Shown: positions 10,733 to 19,100 of the stretch, piece by piece
Layout of the letters: the number at the start of each line of letters is the position of its first letter
Position numbering within the stretch: position 1 is the first letter of the stretch
DNA from: a virus
Taxonomy: Duplodnaviria > Caudoviricetes
IMG/VR virus record: IMGVR_UViG_3300016484_000327
Span: 1 to 61,662 of that record
Reading direction: 5' to 3' (one strand)
Length of the DNA: 61,662 bases
Position numbers and translations under genes: made by a program
Notes under the pieces: generated by a model
Seen by the model: only the letters and a program-made list of their open reading frames with translations
Databases searched by the model: none
What the model was told of the DNA's origin: nothing

Positions 10733-12046
10733 TTAGAGGAACTCTATTTGTCCTCCGTTAGCTAATATCTGTTGAATCTCATTGTCGTCTAATTCATACA
10801 CTCCACCTTCTTTAAATAATGGAAGGTCTTTGATTGCATTATACCCCTGCTTACCTTCCCATTTAGCAAAAAGCTTAAGCAACTTATCTTTCTCTACAGG
10901 AGTTAATTGGGAAATATAAACATCTTTACCCATCGACTTTACAATATGTCTTGTACTTTCAGAAGGTTGATCAACATTACCATTCACCCAACGATTGCGT
11001 GCTTCTGATATTCTAAGATTAAAGTATGCAGAATTAGGACTAAATAACAAATCTTTAGCAGCTTGTATTCCCGTATTTAGATCAGGGAATATTGCTACAT
11101 TACCCATATTATCATACGCTCCTTTAGTAGCTCCATACTTCTTAGTAAAACCACCAAAGTGAATGTTTAAAGGGTTATTATGAGTATATGAAATCTCCCC
11201 GACACTCTTTTTAGAAGGAACAAGAGGAGGAGCATTATCTGGTCCAACAGGAGGAGATACTAATACATTAACTAAATCTTCAGATTTAGGAAGTTCTATA
11301 TCAGCATAACGTCTTGTCATTGCTGCTTCTATAGCAGGATCTTCAGCATATAATCCAGGTGCTGTTGGATTTCCAGTGTATAATGTAGGCAGTTGCATAA
11401 TATCGCGAACCACCTCAATACCATCTTGTGCAAACTGAGGAACTGTCATTGCTTCAAATGCGGGAGCCCCAGCAAATTGCACGGGGACCATTTGATTATA
11501 TGCATATCCTGTAGGAGTTCTTCCGTAAGAATATACATTACGCATTGGACCAAATCTAGAATCAGTCATTCCAAATCTCTTCTGTGCTTCATTCACACGC
11601 TTTTGAAGATCAGCAGTTTGAAGTTTATCAGCAACACCTGATAACATATTTACAGCAATTGCTGCTAGTTCTGCACCAGGAAAAGCTCTATTTAAAGACT
11701 GATTAAGATTACTTTGTGGATTAACTCCCGTACCAGGTCCTGTCTTAGGAGTACCAGTAGATAGTTTAGAATTTACATTAAATTTCTGAGGTGCTTTCTG
11801 ACCAACAGGAACACATTTTTGATCTTCTACACTCCATTCAGTTACACCCACTTGACAACCATAGACATCATATTGTGGAGCTGCGGTTGTAGTAGGAGTT
11901 GTTTGTGCTGAATAATTTATATCAGGAACACACTGACCCAAAGTTTCATCAAATCTTTCTCCAGGAGCACATCTAAAATCACCAATTGTACCAGGTTGCT
12001 GCTGATATTTTGGAAGACCTCTTCCTGTAATCTTTACTTTACGCAT
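10733..12046 (-). CDS. Virion cargo protein with C-terminal NNPxNI lysozyme-like domain (437 aa)
   Basis: HNNPLNI...AIFPDLNTGIQAAKDLL...Y..L.I......W pattern of phage virion-associated muramidase-like domains; two short N-terminal Cys repeats ending in CVP. Confidence 0.55.
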   Translation of the reverse strand: MRKVKITGRGLPKYQQQPGTIGDFRCAPGERFDETLGQCVPDINYSAQTTPTTTAAPQYDVYGCQVGVTEWSVEDQKCVPVGQKAPQKFNVNSKLSTGTPKTGPGTGVNPQSNLNQSLNRAFPGAELAAIAVNMLSGVADKLQTADLQKRVNEAQKRFGMTDSRFGPMRNVYSYGRTPTGYAYNQMVPVQFAGAPAFEAMTVPQFAQDGIEVVRDIMQLPTLYTGNPTAPGLYAEDPAIEAAMTRRYADIELPKSEDLVNVLVSPPVGPDNAPPLVPSKKSVGEISYTHNNPLNIHFGGFTKKYGATKGAYDNMGNVAIFPDLNTGIQAAKDLLFSPNSAYFNLRISEARNRWVNGNVDQPSESTRHIVKSMGKDVYISQLTPVEKDKLLKLFAKWEGKQGYNAIKDLPLFKEGGVYELDDNEIQQILANGGQIEFL

Positions 12047-13656
12047 TAGTCTAAGTATTGAATGTTATAACCCTGTGCGATTAAATTATCAATCTCATCT
12101 TGTGAAAGTTCCATAGGAACATTATACTGTACACCACCATCTTGCTTCTTCCACTTAGCTGCATTACGAGCAAAGTTAGCTTGACGACGTGTTGCAGCTG
12201 AATAGCGTCCTTCTGGAGCATTTAATACCTTACTAGCAAATCCCTGAACACCCATACCAGCTTCCTTAGCTTTTGCTGTAAATTTACCTTTATTTGCTGG
12301 ATTAATGTTAATTCCACCACGTTTCATTTCAGGAATATTTCCACCATACATATATCCATACTTACGCATCTGATCTAGATTACCTGCTGCTGCAAAACGC
12401 GCACGAGCTATTTCATATGGCATTTTACCACCCTGTCCCATCTCCATCATGTCTTCTACATATGGATTATTTACGTAAGCACGCATAGCACCACCTGCTC
12501 CATACATAGGTATTCCGTAGATGTCTACAGGCATAGCTGGTAGTACCATACCACCATACTGATCTGTCATACCACCATATTGGTACTTAGATCCACCACA
12601 CTTATAGCATGGCATACCTCCACCCATACCCATCATAGGTTGTTGATTAGCAACACCTTGTGCTTGCTCAACAGCTTGCATCATTTGTTTTAATGCTTGC
12701 TGCTGCTCTTGAGGTTTCATCTTCTTAAGTTCTCCAATTATTTCTTCTGGAGATACATTTGCAATTTGAGCATATGCTTGAATGATTTGGTTCATCTGGT
12801 CTTGCTGCTGACTACCACCCATCTGAGCACGTTGAATAAAATCGAAAAGGGGGTTCATAGAGTTTATATTTAAATTGTTATACATATCTGTTTGTCCACC
12901 ATCTTCCCATGTACCAAAACGCTTATGCCAGTACAGCGGGCTGAATGGATCTGTAGCTTTAGAGGAATCACGACCCCCCATTCTGCTCCAGAACTTCTTC
13001 TGACGTTTCTTATTACGGTGCTGAGTAAAGTCTTTCATACCCTTATACCCACCGTGTACAATCTTATACTGATCACCTTTCTTAGCAAGAACCATCCACT
13101 TCTTACCGGGGCGGGTAGACTGACGCTTAACCCCCACCTTAGTGAATCCGCGCTTACGGTAGCGCTCAGGAATACCCCCGTTTTTCATCTCCTCAAGCTC
13201 ATTCTCTGTCATAGGAGCTTCTTCCTCTTCCATTTCATCTTCTTCCTCTTCTCCTTCTTCTTCATCTCCTTCAGCTCCATATTTAATATAATCATAAATA
13301 GCATCAGCACTATGATCCATTACAGCTAGCTTAGATGCAATCCATGGATCTAGATTATCTTCTCCAGTTATAAACTGACGGAGCTTCATCATCTTGTCTG
13401 CTACTGCTGCCATCTGACCAAGAGCCATCTCACCATTGGGTTCCCCACCCTCTTCCATAAATCGAGGGAATAGTCCACCAACATTCATAAGAGGGATTTC
13501 CATACCTTCCATAGCTTTACGCCATGTACCTCCTTTACTCTTGTACCATTTAGCTGCCCATCCATTAGCATAGGCGCTAGGATAAACATCAAATTTCTGC
13601 TTTGCTAAAGACTTTGCTTTAGACCACAGACTGGGGTTGTTAGGTTTGTTTGCCAT
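12046..13656 (-). CDS. Modular internal virion protein of basic/acidic modules separated by xxGG motifs (536 aa)
   Basis: DUF5872-like N-terminal half (KFDVYPSAYANGWAAKWYKSKGG), acidic tract, basic KKWMV...IVHGG...FSPLYW module, NKGKFT...RRQANFARNAAKW module seen in crAss-like phages. Confidence 0.6.
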   Translation of the reverse strand: MANKPNNPSLWSKAKSLAKQKFDVYPSAYANGWAAKWYKSKGGTWRKAMEGMEIPLMNVGGLFPRFMEEGGEPNGEMALGQMAAVADKMMKLRQFITGEDNLDPWIASKLAVMDHSADAIYDYIKYGAEGDEEEGEEEEDEMEEEEAPMTENELEEMKNGGIPERYRKRGFTKVGVKRQSTRPGKKWMVLAKKGDQYKIVHGGYKGMKDFTQHRNKKRQKKFWSRMGGRDSSKATDPFSPLYWHKRFGTWEDGGQTDMYNNLNINSMNPLFDFIQRAQMGGSQQQDQMNQIIQAYAQIANVSPEEIIGELKKMKPQEQQQALKQMMQAVEQAQGVANQQPMMGMGGGMPCYKCGGSKYQYGGMTDQYGGMVLPAMPVDIYGIPMYGAGGAMRAYVNNPYVEDMMEMGQGGKMPYEIARARFAAAGNLDQMRKYGYMYGGNIPEMKRGGININPANKGKFTAKAKEAGMGVQGFASKVLNAPEGRYSAATRRQANFARNAAKWKKQDGGVQYNVPMELSQDEIDNLIAQGYNIQYLD

Positions 13657-13662
13657 ATAATA

Positions 13663-16179
13663 TTACTTTCTACGTTTATGTGAATAGGGTATACGTTCAC
13701 TACTTGTCTTTGAGCGTTTAAACTTCTCTTTTTCAGCACTGCTCAACTCTGAGGAAGTCTTAGGGGTCTTGGATGATACTCTCTTAGAAGGGCGACACGC
13801 TGGATATGCTCTGCTCTCTCCTTCTTGTCTACCACATGGTTTACCTGTCTTTACATCCACCCACTTCTCTGCAAACCATCTATCTAGTCCACCATGCTGT
13901 CCACCTGATTTATATAAAGGAGGAACAGACATCCCTCCACCATAATCTCTTAGCATTGCTAATGCATTACCACCTATCTGATACTTCTTAGTATGTCCTT
14001 TAGACATAGCTCCAAAGTATCTACGCTGCTTTTCTGTAAGAGGACGACCATGCACTTCTTTATCATGTAATATCTCACGAGCTTTATTAGGTGTAAGTCC
14101 ACCGTCTTTAAGTAGATATTCATCTACAAAGTCAGCACCCATAAAGTATTCTTCCTCTCCTTGCTTCATCACCTTAGCTTGACCAAAGTCTCCGTCAGGA
14201 ACCACCAGAATTTCATCTGGCATATTAGGAAGATCCATAGTGATACTTGTACCCTGACCATCCCCCATTATTCTCCAGTTAGATCCTTGAGGAGGAACAC
14301 CATCCATAAATCCACGCTGATTAATTATAGGACCTCCCTGCTTTTTAATCTTACGAATATTCTCATAAATCTTATCTAAAGCACTACTATAAACATTAGG
14401 TGCGTATTCACCAGCATTTGCTGATGTAACATCACTTAAAGCACTCTTCATCTTATTTTGAAAATACTGCTGTATTCTATAGTTGCTTATATTACCAGTA
14501 TTTCCAATACCATAAAGATCATGCAATGAAAGTCCAGTGTTTCCAGTCTCTGTTGGAAGTTTAGCTAAATCAAACATCCCAAAGCGTTTAGTTTCAGGAT
14601 TGTACACAATGTTCTCACCAACTAAATCTAATCCTATATTCTTTTTACTAAGCATTCTAATATCATCTAAGAACGTTTGGTATGCTTCAGTGGGAATGTT
14701 TTCCATTTCAGATGGTAGTAAAGCATCTAAAGGACTTCCCTGAACTCTTGACATCACTCTTCCAGCTATCTGTGGATTATTATACACAGTATTTATATCC
14801 GGTCTTATTGCTTTTAAAAACTCTCTATTAGATAAGTCTATATCCATATAAGACTTAGATATATTAGGACTTGTTATATCACGCATCAATTCTGGTAATC
14901 CACTTTGTATTGAAGCATTAGGATCTACAATGTTTTTATATCGATTAAGATTCTCTAATTTAACAACTATATTAGGATTCTTCTTAGTAGGAAATACTCC
15001 ATAGTTAAAACCTCCAATATCATTTGAAATATTACCTGGTAAATCTAACACCTCCCCAACATTCGTAGGAGTCATTCCTTGTAAATCACTCCAAATAGTA
15101 GGATAGGTTTTAGGAGTGACAGGATTCTTAATAGGAGTGAGTCTTTTCAACCAATGTGGTTTATAAAACTCAACTATTTCTGTTGGAATTTGTGACTGTG
15201 TAAACTGACTCCAAGAGTTAGCACCTTGCCTAGGATAACGAGATATCCATCTTGCAGAACTTCTAGGAATAGCAGCAACTACACCTTCACCATATTGAAT
15301 AGCTGTACTTACATTTGGTGAGAAATATGTATTCTTACCAAACTTCTTAGACATATTTAAATTCTTATAGTAAGAAGGTTCAACATTCTGTTTTGAGCGT
15401 AAGTAACCAGCATCTATAGCATCTTGAAAACCTTCTTGACCTATTCCTCTATACATCATATCAGCTTGCTGCTTATATGCATATGGGTTAAGTTTCCATG
15501 CATTTTTTAATGGAGTTCTGGTGGTTAAATATTCTCCAACCCCTGAAACAGGACTAACTATGTTCTCTATAAACTGCCCAGCTTTAGGAGCTCCAATACC
15601 AGCTAAAGAACCAACTAGCAAAGGTGCACCAACACCAGTTATATATGGTAAAACAGAATTAGTTTCTCTTGCAGTGTATGGAGCAGTAGCTAGTCCTTCT
15701 CCTAAATCACCAATCATCGCAAGAGGATTAATATAATCAGTCCAGTTATTAAATCTAAGTGTTGAACCTAAATTCTTTCCTGAAACATACTGCTGCTCTC
15801 TCCAATCCATGTCTTTCCACAACTTGGTCTCACCAGTAGGAAAAGTAAACGGAACATCAGCATTACCTCTAACCACTGATTCTCTTGTACGCTCAGCTGC
15901 TTTTCCTTCAGCAATCCTTCTTTTTTCTTCTTCTTCAAGTCTTCTTAAACGTGCTTGTTCAACTTCATCTTGAGCTCTATATTTAAGATCATACTGTTGT
16001 TTCTGTATATCTCTAGCACTCATTTGGGTTAATCCTTTAGGTAGTTGCTTAGGCGCTCTACCTGGTAATCCCATCATATATGCTCTAATAGCATCTTCAT
16101 CCACTGTACCAGGACGTTGCTGATACTTGGGAAGCTTACTCATGTAATAGTTCTGTAATATGGAATCAGATCTTTTCAT
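13663..16179 (-). CDS. Multidomain cargo protein with ART-like, kinase-like and DUF5872-like modules (838 aa)
   Basis: YRG...YFS pattern (aa 243-287); VVK, DLVGEN, MFD kinase-like motifs (aa 388-537); C-terminal GLDRWFAEKWVDV...CGR...YPACRP. Confidence 0.55.
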   Translation of the reverse strand: MKRSDSILQNYYMSKLPKYQQRPGTVDEDAIRAYMMGLPGRAPKQLPKGLTQMSARDIQKQQYDLKYRAQDEVEQARLRRLEEEEKRRIAEGKAAERTRESVVRGNADVPFTFPTGETKLWKDMDWREQQYVSGKNLGSTLRFNNWTDYINPLAMIGDLGEGLATAPYTARETNSVLPYITGVGAPLLVGSLAGIGAPKAGQFIENIVSPVSGVGEYLTTRTPLKNAWKLNPYAYKQQADMMYRGIGQEGFQDAIDAGYLRSKQNVEPSYYKNLNMSKKFGKNTYFSPNVSTAIQYGEGVVAAIPRSSARWISRYPRQGANSWSQFTQSQIPTEIVEFYKPHWLKRLTPIKNPVTPKTYPTIWSDLQGMTPTNVGEVLDLPGNISNDIGGFNYGVFPTKKNPNIVVKLENLNRYKNIVDPNASIQSGLPELMRDITSPNISKSYMDIDLSNREFLKAIRPDINTVYNNPQIAGRVMSRVQGSPLDALLPSEMENIPTEAYQTFLDDIRMLSKKNIGLDLVGENIVYNPETKRFGMFDLAKLPTETGNTGLSLHDLYGIGNTGNISNYRIQQYFQNKMKSALSDVTSANAGEYAPNVYSSALDKIYENIRKIKKQGGPIINQRGFMDGVPPQGSNWRIMGDGQGTSITMDLPNMPDEILVVPDGDFGQAKVMKQGEEEYFMGADFVDEYLLKDGGLTPNKAREILHDKEVHGRPLTEKQRRYFGAMSKGHTKKYQIGGNALAMLRDYGGGMSVPPLYKSGGQHGGLDRWFAEKWVDVKTGKPCGRQEGESRAYPACRPSKRVSSKTPKTSSELSSAEKEKFKRSKTSSERIPYSHKRRK

Positions 16180-19100
16180 TATCTGAATGACTTAGTAATT
16201 TTGTTATTAGACAAACGGAATAACATCTTATACTCTCCTGATACTAAACGCTTTAGAAGTACGCGTGTCATATAATGACGGAACTTCTTGCGCTGCAGCG
16301 GACTCTTAGCGTATGCTACATAATTAGGATTAATTTCCTTTACATATCCATTAGCTGCTGTGTCCCATATAGTTTGAAAGTTCGGATTGAACTCCCCGCG
16401 GTTACGCGTAATATCCCAGAACTGATTGAATCTATACTTATTCTCTTCCTTAGAGCACATGATCGTAATCTGATTCTGCTGCACAGCGGGATATTGCAGA
16501 TAGGACAAAGGATCATTCTTCTGCTTCTCTATCATCTTTAGTACACCCGATACCTGCTCTGTATTATAAACTACCGCTTGATCAAAGTTGAAATCTAATA
16601 CATGATTAGCATCACGACAATAATTATCATACTTATAGCACTCAAGCTGGTATTCAACATTCTTAAGAGTGGTTACTTCTTGACCAGTTGATGCAAGATA
16701 TTCAACCTCAAATGGATAGTCCTTTCCATAGAAGTTACAAAAAAGATCGCATCTTTCATTATGTTTCCATATCTCATCTTGGACTATTGTCATAAAATGA
16801 TTCCTAGAAGAAACCATTAGAGCAGGATGCCAATCGTGGAAACTAATCCAAGCTTGTGACTTTACATCATAACTAATTGTAAATGAAGCATCTTCAAAGT
16901 ATGTAGGATTACCAAGCTCAATTGATAATCTACCAATTCGAAAGATGTTACCCCTATCATACTTTAATGTATTCTTATAGTCGTCTTTAACACGATAGTC
17001 TTTCTTAGTAAGATATAGAATATCGTTTGTATTGTCGTATGCAAGCATGATACCAACACCGGACACTGGATTATCATAGAGTTGAAACTCAGGATAATCA
17101 GTCATAATATGTGAGGGTAAATACTTAGCAAACCACCATTTCATTCCGTCGCGGGATATTTCTTTCATACCCTGCATAAACTGAAATACCTTACCCTGGT
17201 TCTGACTAACCCAGAATAATCCAGCAGGAGTATTAATTACAGCACGTCTAGACTGACATGCTCCTTGCTCATACACTCCTTCCGCATTACTTAAGTTTTG
17301 TAGATTACCAGCAAATAATCCAGAGTCTCCAATTGTCACCTTTATACCATTCTGCGTCTGTAACTGATCTACACCAGGGAACATTACAGGACTACTAGCG
17401 TGCATTAATATCATTGCACCACTTTGGTTAACTCCTTTTATTGCAGTTATTCTAGAGTCAAAGTCTTGGTAATTATTAGCTAGATAGACTCTCCAGTTAT
17501 CTTTCTTAAGCTCATCTGTTTGGGGTAGAGAATATATAACGCGCTCAGGATAATATGAATAACATGTCTCAGCTACTTTAGGATCATAACTTGATGGTAA
17601 AACAGATGCCCATGAAAGATTATTAGTAATCAATCTTGAGTAGCTTAATGAGTAGTCATACTTATAGTAGTTACCAGACTTAATGATATCTGATCTAAAT
17701 AGACTGGCTAAGTCTGTATTTCTATACGGATCGTAGAACTGCTCTGATGCAAGTTCACCCCAATCGCGTTGTGCTAGGTTAATTTCACTCTCTACAAAGA
17801 AGTCACGCACACCATTTGCAAATAAGTAGAAATACGCATTGTCAATATTTAAGTCAAACTTATTTCCACACTTATATCTATCAAGATGTCTATAGTCATT
17901 TGGTAACACTCTATTCTGCCATGTATTAGCAGCTATAAGTGTTAGACTTGCTCCTCCTAATACACCACTTATAAGCTGATTTACAGTATCACTTGTGTTA
18001 ATTAGTTTAAGACGATTAAGCTCATTAAGTATTACATTACTTCCTAAATAAGTAGAAACCCCTGCTGTTAAAGGAGCCATCAAATTACTTAAGTTAATAT
18101 CACTAGTATCTGCCCAATAACGTGGGTAAGGAATATTTACATATTTCATGTAATCAAACCTAGCTCCATCTATATCATTAAACAACCAGTCGTTAAAGAA
18201 AAAGAATGAGTTCTTTTCTGTATAACGATTAATATAAATATCTCCTCCAAATAAGACTGGAGACGTATACTTCTGATCCTTAACAGCATCTGTATTAGCT
18301 ACACATGTAGATACTGGAATCTGAATAATACTAGGTAGCTGACCATACTGAGCTGGCTGACTAACCTTTAAAGACGCATAGTGCGCAGATGTTGTACGAG
18401 AAAAAGGAACTGTAGGTTTAGTCCATGCTCCCAATCCACCAATAGTTTCTCTACTATTATCTAGTACTTTTGGATCATCTAAAGTGCTATCAATCTTTAC
18501 AGCAATAAATCTACTTCTAAATAGATTATTAATTCTTGAGTCTAAACCAAAGTCTTGAATGTAAGGGTTAATATACTGAGCATTAGCTACATGTCTACGT
18601 CTATTATTAGCTATAGGACATAAATAGTTATCATAAGAACCATGTCCATTATACTGATAAGCATATTGTCTGTATGGAATCAAAGTGTTCATAATGCGAA
18701 CAATCTGTTCCATACCTTGTGTACCATAAAAACTCCAAAGTATTGGACCTGTTATAGGATTACCTAAAGCCGCAGCTGCTGCAACTGGACCAAGTTCTGC
18801 TAAAGGTGTAACCTCAGTAGTTCTACCAGTTAACTTTCCACCTTTAATAGCGTTTGCTAATGGGTTCAACGTACCAGTTATAGGTAGTATTACAGGATCG
18901 CCACCAGGAGTATTTGTAATTGTTCCTGCAGCTACACCAGCAATAGTTAAATTAGTTTGTATACCTTGAGGACCAGATTCAGCTGTTGTTACTGCGCTTT
19001 TACCTTTAATTAAAGCTATAGCTACACCTACCCCGATTACTGCAGCACCGTATAAAGCTAAGTCTCTAAGCATCTTATGTTCGGGATGCTTATATACAGG

